DNA of 64,000 nucleotides, from the NCBI GenBank assembly GCA_038087875.1, contig CM075988.1, positions 18,664,001 through 18,728,000 on the forward strand. Reading direction: 5' to 3'. The position numbers and the translations under genes are program-made. This DNA is from Malacoraja senta. Lineage: Eukaryota. The notes below the pieces were generated by a model. That model searched no databases. It was not told the DNA's origin and saw only the letters and a list, made by a program, of their open reading frames with translations. Of the stretch, positions 53,342-64,000 are shown piece after piece. Position 1 is the stretch's first letter, and every line of letters begins with the position of its first letter.

Positions 53342-53541
53342 NNNNNNNNNNNNNNNNNNNNNNNNNNNNNNNNNNNNNNNNNNNNNNNNNNNNNNNNNNN
53401 NNNNNNNNNNNNNNNNNNNNNNNNNNNNNNNNNNNNNNNNNNNNNNNNNNNNNNNNNNNNNNNNNNNNNNNNNNNNNNNNNNNNNNNNNNNNNNNNNNNN
53501 NNNNNNNNNNNNNNNNNNNNNNNNNNNNNNNNNNNNNNNNN
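53342..53541. other. Assembly gap (200 N)
   Basis: Run of N. The sequence on either side is duplicated (about 52774-53341 and 53542-54107). Confidence 0.99.
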
Positions 53542-55949
53542 ACCCTCTACCCACTCCGCTCATTTGAGTGAGAGGAATTTGCAACCCTGAACCAGGAGCT
53601 GCTGCCTGACATGCCTTAGGATGGAGCGTTCTTGACTGCGACGAGTCGCAATCTTGTCTGACATAGATGCCCCAAACTTGGCACTCACTCTGAGTTGGGG
53701 TTTGTCAGGTTGCTTCCTTCAGCAGCCGCCAGCGCTAGTTGTGCAAATGGATGCTCTGTTGGTATCTTCTTTACCAAACAGGCTGCACGCGCTAGTGACT
53801 CTGAGTCCTGCTCCTTTCCGAACGATTGCAGTCTGCTGGGAAGGACTGGAGCGTCTCTGGCCCCTGTACGCTAGACATAGTGGGAAAATGCTGAAAACCC
53901 TGCCAGTTATTTGTCTTTGTATGAACGGAGACGCCCATCCCAGTTAAATCAAAGATTTGATTCTTTATATGAATAAACTCGGCGTGTAGGGAAAAATCTT
54001 CCACAGTCCCTTTATTGAATGGAATTACCATGACACCACCATGTGTAGCTCGCACAGGTGGCTTATTGGTACAGGGCTTTCCAGGCCAGGGATCCAGATC
54101 GCCATGGCAGGTCTCATTCCACTGGGCAGGATGATTCATGTATGATACCAGGAACAACCCCTGAAGTAGCATAATGGTGCTCACTCTGTATAGCCGTATA
54201 TTTGAAAGAATATAATATAACTGCCATGGGGCATAGGGGTGTTTAGCCAACGCTCATGAATGGCAGCGTGTGCCATGGACATTCCTCTGGGGTGGGGTCA
54301 GTCACACACTGACCCATGCACACCCCTTCATCGAGAGGGAGATCTGTGAGCAGCCCTGTCACAGGTTAAGCCTGTGACCTGTGCTGACATGGCCCTGTTT
54401 TAGTGGACCATGTCAGGCTGGGTAAGACGTCCCCTAGAATGTCGGAGGGAGACCCTCCTGACCAGGACCCCACCTTTCTCGTCCAGCCCGGCCTCTCCGA
54501 CTCTGTTTGGTTGCCCCCTTTGGGCTGCCCAAGTCGAAGTCGCTGACCGTGCGACCCAGAGAGTCACCGGCTACCCGCTCTCCCGTGGTCCGTAGCCGGC
54601 ATCTGTAGAGTGAAATAGTGGCTTACCCTCAAGCGGGTTGCCTGGGTGCTACCGGCACCAGTATGAAGCCGCTGGCTCCACTGCCAGTGACTCGAACAGG
54701 CGAATTTGACCGCCGCCCGCTACCTGCATTCCGTGGTCTCCGTAGCGAGTTCCGCGGTCCGTGGGCGGGATTCCCGAGGTCGTGACTGGGATTCCCTGTG
54801 GTCCGTGACTGGGGTCCCCCGCGGTCCATAAAGGTTCTTCCGTGGCCCATCCGGACTTCGGCCCCGAAATTTAGCAGGACCTCTGTAAGGCTGACAGAGA
54901 TTCCTGCAAAACATAACCTGGAAAAAAGTTAAAAAACTTACCTTCAGGTTTGGCTGCTGTTGGAGCAGTTCTCCCCCCCCCCCCCCAGCCAGTCGTGCGC
55001 AATGCGATAGACGATATGACGCGCATGCGTGCTGGCGGGGTCTTCACGTAGTCACTCACGTGACTCCGAAGTAAAATGTTGCTGTGGGAATAGAGATTTA
55101 AGAGTGTGATTGTAATATGTGTAGGAAGGGAACTGCAGGTACTGGTTTAAACCGAAGATAGACATAAAAAGCTGGTGTAACTCAGGCGGAATGTATGGAG
55201 AGAAGGAATGGGTGACGTTTGAGTCGAGACCCTTCTTCAGACTTCAGTCAGAGATGCTGCCTGTCCTGCTGAGTTACTCCAGCTTTTTATGTCTATCTTC
55301 TATTGTAATATGTGATTGTAGATCTGCTTCTGTGGCTAGTGTAGATTGGTCACTTATTATTATTAGAAGTTCCGCCTACTACACTGTTCATATTATCGCA
55401 ACCCAACTCGTGCTGGCAGTCAACGCTGCTCCACAGCTGAAGCAACATGCTGCAGTGTATTATAGTGCCTTTCAATAAATACTGGTGCACCATGTTCGTG
55501 AGTATGACCGGGTCATTCGACAGCTAGCTAGCAAATTAGTTGCCTGCGTTGAGTGCCATGTTGGAAGCATTGTGCTAATCATAAAAATGGTTTCCATTTC
55601 TGGACATCATCTGATGCTGGGATCCAGCCGTGATCAGTGGTCGAGAGTGGGCAGAAACTAGGGTCAGAATGTGCTCAAATATGAAGTATAGACATTCAAA
55701 CCAAACCCAGAGGCCTGTGTAAACTGTCCCATGATATACTCTCCCCTGAAGAAGGGTTTTGAACCAAAATGTCATCCCTCCATTCCCTCCACACATGCTG
55801 CCTGACCCGCTGTGTTCCTCCAGCACTTTGTGTTTTTTCTAAAACTCAACGTTCCAGCATCTGCGTTTCTGGTGTTCAACGTTTCATTCAAGAGAGGGAA
55901 CATGCGGTGTCCACGGGGACTCCGAAGGCCTTCCATGAGCGCTGGTCAT

Positions 55950-57334
55950 CTCAAGAAGAGTAAGGTGACGTGCCTCAATGACTATCGACCAGTGGCACTA
56001 ACGCCTGTGGTGATGAAGTACTTTGAGAGGTTGCTCATGGCGCAAATCCAACTCCTACCTCGACAAAACCTGGACCCACTGCAGTTCGCTTACCGCCACA
56101 ACAGATCAACGGTGGATGCGATCTCGCTGGCCCTCCACTCCGCTCTGGACCACTTGGACAACAAAAACTCATACGTCAGGCTGTTATTCATTGATTACAG
56201 CTCGGCATTTAATACTATCATCCCCTCCAAGCTGGTTACCAAACTCGCAGAAATGGGTCTCTGCGCATCCTCTGCAATTGGATCCTCGACTTCCTCATTC
56301 ACAGACCACAGTCTGTTCGTATTGGTGGAAATGTGTCAGACTCGATAACAATCAGCACGGGAGCACCTCAAGGCTGTGTGCTCAGCCCCCTGCTGTACTC
56401 TATACTCATGACTGCGTAGCTGGTCATAATGCGAACTCCATCATCAAGTTCGCTAACGACACCACTGTTGTGGGACGTATCACTGATGGGATGAGTCAGA
56501 GTATAGAAGAGAGATCGAGCGACTGTCCATATGGTGCCAGCACAATAACCTGGCCCTCAACACCAGCAAAACCAAGGAACTGAACGGAAGGCGTAGGATG
56601 GGGACCCACAGTCCCGTTTATATCAATGGGTCGATGGTGGAAAGGGTCAAGAGCTTCAAATTCCTGGGCGTGCACATCTCTGAAGATCTTTCCTGGTCCG
56701 AGAACACCATTATTAAGAAAGCACATCAGCGCCTCTACTTCCCTGAGAAGATTACGGAGAGTCGGTTTGTCAAGGAGGACTCTCTCTAACTTCTACAGGT
56801 GCACAGTAGAGAGCATGCTGACCGGTTGCATCGTGGCTTGGTTCGGCAACTTGAGCGCCCTGGAGAGGAAAAGACTACAAATAGTAGTAAACACTGCCCA
56901 GTCCATCATCGGCTCTGACCTCCCTTCCATCGAGGGGATCTACCACAGTCGCTGCCTCAAAAAGGCTGGCAGTATCATCAAGGACCCACACCATCCTGGC
57001 CACACACTCATCTCCCTGCTACCTTCAGGTAGAAGGTACAGGAGCCTGAAGACTGTAACGTCCAGGTTCAGGAATAGCTACTTCCCCACAGCCATCAGGC
57101 TATTAAACTTGGCTCGGACAAAACTCTGAACATTAATAGCCCATTATCTGTTATTTGCACTTTATCTGTTTATTTATTCATGTGTGTATATATTTATATA
57201 ATGGTATATGGACACACTGATCTGTTCTGTATTCATGCCTTCTATATTCTGTTGTGCTGAAGCAAAGCAAGAATTTCATTGTCCTATCTGGGACACATGA
57301 CAATAAAACTCACTTGAATCTTGAATCTTGAATC
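55950..57334 (+). mobile_element. 5'-truncated Rex1/Babar LINE (RT plus 3' UTR), frameshifted
   Basis: [65 protein letters not shown] (degenerate FADD). Tail (cttgaat)n. Confidence 0.92.
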
Positions 57335-57622
57335 TCGTGTCTCTGCTGAAACAGCAACCCCCTCAGCCCACGCGGCAGAACCACACCGCATTTAGCAACC
57401 AAAGAACGATTGATAGCTGTAAAAGACTTTTGGATAAAACAGTGTTAAACAGTGAGCAGAAAACGTACATACTTCAAAGGACCAGCTGGGAGCTCTGATA
57501 CGAGATGTGGTGGCTTACTTCTTGATTGATGTTCTTAGCTGGGTGGTATCAACTTCTTTCTCTGCATTGATTTTACAATCAGATCAAAAATGTTGTTGAA
57601 GGTGATAAAAGGCTCTCTTTGT

Positions 57623-57770
<148 letters not shown>

Positions 57771-57774
57771 CAAT

Positions 57775-58831
57775 TGGGTCCTTTTCAGAATGGCAGGCAG
57801 TGACTAGTGGGGTACCGCAAGGCTCAGTGCTGGTACCCCAGCTATTTACAATATATATTAATGATTTGGATGAGGGAATTGAATGCAACATCTCCAAGTT
57901 TGCGGATGACACGAAGCTGGGGGGCAGTGTTAGCTGTGAGGAGGATGCTAGGAGGCTGCAAGGTGACTTGGATAGGCTGCGTGAGTGGGCAAATGCATGG
58001 CAGATGCAGTATAATGTGGATAATGTGAGGTTATCCACTTTGGTGGCAAAAACAGGAAAGTAGACTATTATCTAAATGGTGGCCGATTAGAAACGGGGAG
58101 ATGCAACGAGACCTGGGTGTCATGGTACACCAGTCATTGAAAGTAGGCATGCAGGTGCAGCAGGCAGTGAAGAAGGCGAATGGTATGATAGCATTCATAG
58201 CAAAATGGATTTGATTATAGGAGCAGGGAGGTTCTACTGCAGTTGTACAGGTCTTGGTGAGACAACACCTGGAGTATTGCGTACAGTTTTGGTCTCCAAA
58301 TCTGGGAAAGACATTCTTGCCATAGTACAGAGAAGGTTCACCAGATTGATTCCTGGGATGTCAGGACTTTCATATGAAGAAAGACTGGATAGACTCGGCT
58401 TGTACTCGCTAGAATTTAGAAGATTGAGAGGGGATCTTATAGAAACTTACAAAATTCTTAAGGGGTTGGACAGGCTAGATGCACGAAGATTGTTCCCAAT
58501 GTTGGGGAAGTCCAGGACAAGGGGTCACAGTTTAAGGATTAAGGGGAAATCCTTTAGGACCGAGATGAGAAAAACATTTTTCACACAGAGAGTGGTGAAT
58601 CTCTGGAACTCTCTGCCACAGAATGTAGTTGAGGCCAGTTCATTGGCTATATTTAAGAGGGAGTTAGATGTGGCCCTTGTGCTAAAGGGATCAGGGGGTA
58701 TGGAGAGAAGGCAGGTACGGGATACTGAGTTGGATGATCAGCCATGATCATATTGAATGGCGGTGCAGGCTCGAAGGGCCGAATGGCCTACTCCTGCACC
58801 TATTTTCTATGTTTCTATGTTTCTATGTTTC
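57775..58831 (+). mobile_element. Young 5'-truncated CR1 LINE with many small indels
   Basis: SGVPQGSVL, KFADDTKL and C-terminal motifs spread across shifted frames. (tttctatg)n tail. Confidence 0.93.
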
Positions 58832-59204
58832 TCTCAATCTGAAGAGCATCAGAGGCCACGGAACTGATTTGACGTTTAAAAAAAAAGCAAAATATGGGTA
58901 GCATTCAGGATAATTCTGCGACTATAAAACAGAATGAATCACAGGGAAGGTGCTGGAGGAACTCAGTGGGTGAGGCAGCATCTATGGAGAGAAGGAATAA
59001 GCGAAGTTTTGGGTCGAGACCCTTCTTCAGACTTGTCTACCTTCAATTTTTTCCAGCATCTGCAGTTCTTTCTTAAACATGAATCACAAGGAAGTGGTTT
59101 TGTAAAGATCTAGGATTGAAACGTCTCACCAATAATGAGGTGAGAATTGACATTGTGAATAGGATTTTACAGACATTGATGACTGGAGCCCTCACAGCTA
59201 TTTG

Positions 59205-59826
59205 CCTCAGCGACTGTTTGGCCAAACACTTGAGCTCGGTTCACCAAGTCCCACTGGATCTCCCGGTTGCTCACCATCTTAACTTCCCTTTCCATTCCCA
59301 TACTGACCTTAGATAGACACAAAACGCTGGAGTAACTCAGCGGACAGGCAGCATCTCTGGAGAGAAGGAATGGGTGACGTTTTGGGTCGAGACCCTTCCT
59401 CAGACCCGAAACGTCGCCCATTCCTTCTCTCCAGAGATGCTGCCTGTCCCGTTGTTACTCCTGATATTTGTGTCTATCTTCAGTATAAACCAGCATCTGC
59501 AGTTCCTTCTTACCCAACCTGGACCTTGCTGTCGTGGGCCTCCTCCATTGCCAGAGTGAGGCCACACGCAAACTGGAGGAACAGTACCTCATATTCCTTA
59601 CAGCCCAATGGTATGACATTGAATTATCAAATTTTAGGTGACTACAGAGCCCCCCCCCCCCCCCCTCCACCTACATTCCTTCCTCCAGCCTCACAATTCA
59701 CAACTCTTCAATCCTTTTGTCTCACACCTTTTGTTTTTTCATCTCTGGTCTTTGCCCAACCATCTTCCCATTAACCTCCTCCCCCTCATCTGTACCAACC
59801 TATTACCTGCTAGGCTTTGTCCTGCC
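59205..59826 (+). mobile_element. Penelope 3' fragment interrupted by a fold-back pLTR insert (about 59311-59515); the UTR resumes at 62062-62150
   Basis: PVAHHLN...HSHTDL and LEEQYLIF..LQPNGM remnants, pyrimidine-rich UTR. Confidence 0.7.
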
Positions 59827-60034
59827 CAAAGATCAAGATAGTCCACTCGATTAAAAAGCCGTAGTAGGTCGTGGGTAATCTTTAGCGCCATTTCAGTAAT
59901 CAGCTTCCGTATCTGCTCTAGTATATTTGCTTTGATCATGGCGTCTTTATATTGCTGTTATTTTACCAAATACCACACAAATCGTCTTTGTTTTGGTCCC
60001 TCCCTCGGTCTCTAGTGTAAAACCCCACATCGTC

Positions 60035-60047
60035 CCCCCCCCCCCCC

Positions 60048-60098
<51 letters not shown>

Positions 60099-60600
60099 CG
60101 CTCACTACTTTAACTCTCCCTGTTTCATTTCAGTCTCTCCGTCCACCTCTCCCCAACCCACCCGTCCCCTCCCTCTCTCCTCTCACGGCCTCGCGTTCTT
60201 ACCCGCTTGTCCCGCAGTTCTCTCTCTCCTCCCCGATCTCTCCCTCTACCCTCTCTCTTGCTGTCTCTCGTTCTGATCCCGTCCTGTCCCTCGCTCTTCC
60301 CCCCTTCTCTTCCCCACTCTTTCCTTCCGTGACCTCTCTCCACTCCCCTCTGCTTCGCAGTGTCCACCTTCGCCTCTTCCTATTGTCCGTTCTTCCCTCC
60401 CTCTCCCTTCTCTCCTCTCCCTCCCCTTCTCGCTCCTCTCTCCTTCCCCGTCTCTGTCCCCCTCTCTCCTTTCCACCCTTTCTCCCATTCCTCTCTCCCT
60501 GCTCGCTCTCACCTTCCTTCCCTCCCTCTCTCTCTCCCTCCCTCCTTCTCTCCCTGCCTGCTCCCTCTCCCTTTCTCCCTCCCACTCTCTCTCCGCTCTC
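60035..60600. repeat. Polypyrimidine/(CT)n low-complexity tract
   Basis: About 560 bp, almost entirely C/T on the + strand. Confidence 0.9.
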
Positions 60601-60607
60601 TGTGGCA

Positions 60608-61379
60608 AACATAGAAAACATAGAAAATAGGTGCAGGTATAGGCCATTCGGCCCTTCGAGCCTGCACCGCCATTCAATATGATCATGGCTGATCATCCAA
60701 CTCAGTATCCCGTACCTGCCTTCTCTCCATTCCCCCTGATCCCTTTAGCCACAAGGGCCACATATAACTCCCTCTTAAATATAGCCAATGAACAGGCCTC
60801 AACTACCCTCTGTGCAGAGAGTTCCAGAGATTCACCACTCTCTGTGTGAAAAATGTTTTTCTCATCTCGGTCCTAAAGGATATCCCCTTATCCTTAAACT
60901 GTGACCCCTTGTACTGGACTTCCCCAACATCGGGAACAATCTACCTGCATCTAGCCTGTCCAACCCCTTAAAAATTTTGTACGTTTCTATAAGATCCCCT
61001 CTCAATCTTCTAAATTCTAGCGAGTACAAGCCGAGTCTATCCAGTCTTTTCTTCATATGAAAGTCCTGACATCCCAGGAATCAGTCCGGGGAACCTTCTC
61101 TGCACTCTCTCTATGGCTATAATGTCCTTCCTCAGATTTGGAGACAAAAACTGTACGCAATACTCCAGGTGTGGTCTCACCAAGACCCTGTACAACTGCA
61201 GTAGAACCCCTCCTGCTCCTACACTCAAATCCTTTTGCTATGAATGCTAACATACCATTCGCTTTCTTCACTGCCTGCTGCACCTGCATGCCTACTTTCA
61301 ATGACTGGTGTACCATGACACCCAGGTCTCGTTGCATCTCCCCTTTTCCTAATCGGCCACCATTCAGATAATAGTCTGC
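60608..61379 (-). mobile_element. Young CR1 3' fragment nested in the hAT-like element
   Basis: Near-identical to 270-1043, with a catagaaa tail. Confidence 0.92.
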
Positions 61380-62589
61380 CTATTATCCCAAAGATCATAG
61401 ATGCTCTGTGAGTTACCTCACACTCCCCAGTGAGATGAATCCTCGTGTGTTTGTTTACCCCTCTCTGCGCACATCCTGTGCTGGTGCTACGAATGCGAAG
61501 CGTGAGCGGAGAGGCAGAGAGGGTTCGCCTTTATAATGAGGGCAGTTTCTCTCTGCTGGGAACAGCGTCTTGTGCAGGGAGCGCCAGGATCGGTGTCACT
61601 GCCGCCCGCGGGTGTTGTTTCCATTGGAAATGGTTGTTACCGGCCGAGAGAGGTCGAAGATGGACTGTTAGCGCTGGGGCTGGTATCCCTACTGTGGGAT
61701 TCCGGTAGCAGGGTTCCTTGTACTGAAACTCCACCCTGACTCAATAACTTGTCGTCTGGCTAGCAGAGTCCGTGTAGTGACAGTGCCAGTGATTGATTTA
61801 ATAGTCTGCCTTCTGGTAGCAGAGTCTGTGAGTGTTGCCCCGGGGGGCTGGATACGCAGTCTGTGTGTAGGGCTCCAAGCAAAGATACTATAAACATAGT
61901 AAACACAAACTGTTCCCCCGCAACGCTGATTACACTGCGAGAGGCATAACTGGTCGGGTCGGGTTTACTGAAATGGCGGAAGTTACGCTCCATTACGTAC
62001 TACACGTCACTCCATTGGATTTTGCAGGAGTAGTCTATCTCGCTCCGCTCTATGATCTTTGGTCCTGCCACCTCCACTCTTCCAGCTTTCTTTCCCACTC
62101 CCCCACAGTCAGTCCTGACTCAAAACATCACCAATCCATGTTCTCCAGGGAAGCTTTCAGAGAATGCAAAAGCAAAGCTCTGGGCCTAGTGTGTGTAGGA
62201 TAGTGTTGGTGTGCGGGGATCGCTGGTCGGTGAGGCCTCGGTGGGCCGAATGACCTGTTTCTGCGCTGTATCTAAACTAAACTAAACTAAAAAAGACTGT
62301 GGAAGTAGCTGGGATGTCAAGGAACCCATGGGTTTAAGAACGTTGGCAATGGGTTGAGTCGAAGTGAGTTAACAACAAACTCTTCAAAGATGCTAAAGAG
62401 ACTCAGAGATTTTTGGAAACATCACGTTGGGTATTAACTATTCTTCAAATTCACAGGAAACTTTATAAAAGAAATCAAAAAAATGCATCTCATCCATGGG
62501 ATTATGAGGAACTCCAGTTATTGGTGTAGAGTTGGCACCATGGACCTTTCATTACTAATATTTCATCGACAGATAAAAACTCAACTCAA

Positions 62590-64000
62590 ATAATGTGTTC
62601 GAGAACTATCAAGGGGCAATAGACAAGGATGTTCATTATCACCGCTGTTATTTGCTTTAGTAATTGAACCCCTTGCTGAAAAAATAAGAACACACATGGA
62701 TATTTACGGTTATAATACAAAATATTCAAATAACAAAATATCCCTATATGCCGATGATGTACTACTGTACATCACAAAACCACAAATTAGTATACCAAAT
62801 ATATTAAATTTAATTGAGGACTTTGGATCCTTCTCAGGATATAGAATAAATTGGAACAAAAGTGAAATTATGTCGATAAAACCAAAAGACTCAACACACC
62901 TCAGGAAATTCCCCTTTAAAATAGCTACAGAAAAATTCAAATATTTGGGAATTGAAATTACTAGAAATTACCAGGATATGTTTAAAGCCAATTATAATCC
63001 CTTACTTAATAAATTAAATAATATGATTAAATTCTGGAAAACACTTCCGATGTCCCTAATAGGCAGAATAAATGCTATAAAATGATTTTCTTACCACAAA
63101 TCCTATACCTATTTCAATCAATACCTATATATCTCCCAAAAAAGTTTTTCAAAAAATTGGACAGACATTACAAATTTTATATGGGATTATAAATCCCATA
63201 GAATACAAAGAGCTCACCTTAATAAACGAAAAGAGTTGGGGGGGTCTCGCGCTCCCTAACTTTATGTATTATAATTGGGCAGTAAATATTAAAAATATGA
63301 TTCACCTGCTGGACAATTCTGCCCAGCAGGCGATCTAGATTGTAATGGAAAAAGGGGACTGCTCCCCGAGTAATATAGGAGCGATTATTCTCTCTCCAAT
63401 AAATTTGAATAATAAAAATTATAATAAAAATCCAATTATAAATAGCACAATTAGAACATGGAAACAAATAAAACAGAATCTAAAATTAAGAAACCTATCT
63501 CTCTCAATACCAATAGTTAATAATCCATCGTTTAAACCTTCAACCATAGACAAATCATTTATACAATGGGAAAGAATGGGAATCAAAACGCTCGAAGATC
63601 TGTATGAATTGGGAAAATTACTATCATTTCAACAACTACAACTGAAATATAATTTGAAAAATAACCAATATTTTAAATATCTACAAATTCGGGATTACCT
63701 GAAAAAACACACAAAAGACTATCATAATATGCCTCCCGACTTACTAGATGAAGCAATGAAGACAAAGGCGGAATCAGCTAATTTAATATCGTACTTATAT
63801 AATATCATTTTAAACATAGAAATACCCACAACAGATGGAATTAGAAGAGACTGGGAACAAGAATTAGCTATAAAAATTTCAAAAGAGAGCTGGGATAACC
63901 ATTTACTACAGGTGCATAAATGTTCGATCAACGTACGACATACGCTCATCCAATTCAAAACATTACATAGACTATATTATTCAAAAACTAAATTAAATAA
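62590..64000 (+). mobile_element. L1-clade LINE ORF2 (RT region), frameshifted, runs off the window
   Basis: GNRQGCSLSPLLFALVIEPLA, KISLYADDVLLY, SGYRINWNKS, FKYLGI, SLIGRINAIK. Confidence 0.92.

Larger units (their letters stand above)
49655..55076 (-). mobile_element. DIRS1-type tyrosine-recombinase retrotransposon, complete termini, decayed ORFs
   Basis: 34-bp perfect ITR core (49729-49762 and 55017-55050). The ICR at 49876-49988 is complementary to both outer termini and joined at TTTT. No TSD. Confidence 0.93.
59827..62061. mobile_element. Composite non-autonomous hAT-like element (2235 bp)
   Basis: Termini caaagatca / tgatctttg. Perfect 8-bp TSD gtcctgcc (59819-59826 and 62062-62069). 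Related subtermini (agatag, cgccatttcagtaa) at both ends. Confidence 0.8.

Noticed and set aside
59993..60696. 229-aa Pro/Ser/Leu-rich ORF and antisense Glu/Arg/Gly-rich ORFs
   Set aside because: The low-complexity C/T tract lacks stop codons by composition.

Overview
Vertebrate non-coding DNA dominated by transposable elements. The repeat content (HE1-like tRNA-derived V-SINEs, CR1/HER1-like LINEs with octamer tails, Penelope pseudo-LTRs) points to a cartilaginous fish, probably a skate or ray; this is inference. I recognise no host protein-coding exon, so the window is probably a large intron or gene desert. Main contents: (1) a full-length Tc1 (Passport-like, DD34E) transposon with an uninterrupted 339-aa transposase ORF; (2) a structurally complete but coding-decayed DIRS1-type tyrosine-recombinase retrotransposon with ITRs and an ICR, spanning a 200-N gap; (3) CR1, Rex1/Babar, L1, Penelope and Crack-like LINE fragments; (4) five PIF/Harbinger-type MITEs sharing a 14-bp terminus; (5) hAT-like non-autonomous elements; (6) more than 20 short Penelope-pLTR-derived inserts carrying a minimal hammerhead-ribozyme motif, often as fold-back palindromes with their own 13-16 bp TSDs; (7) three short, locally templated duplications (two direct, one inverted). 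All alignments were done by eye, so boundaries are approximate unless a TSD or TIR is quoted.
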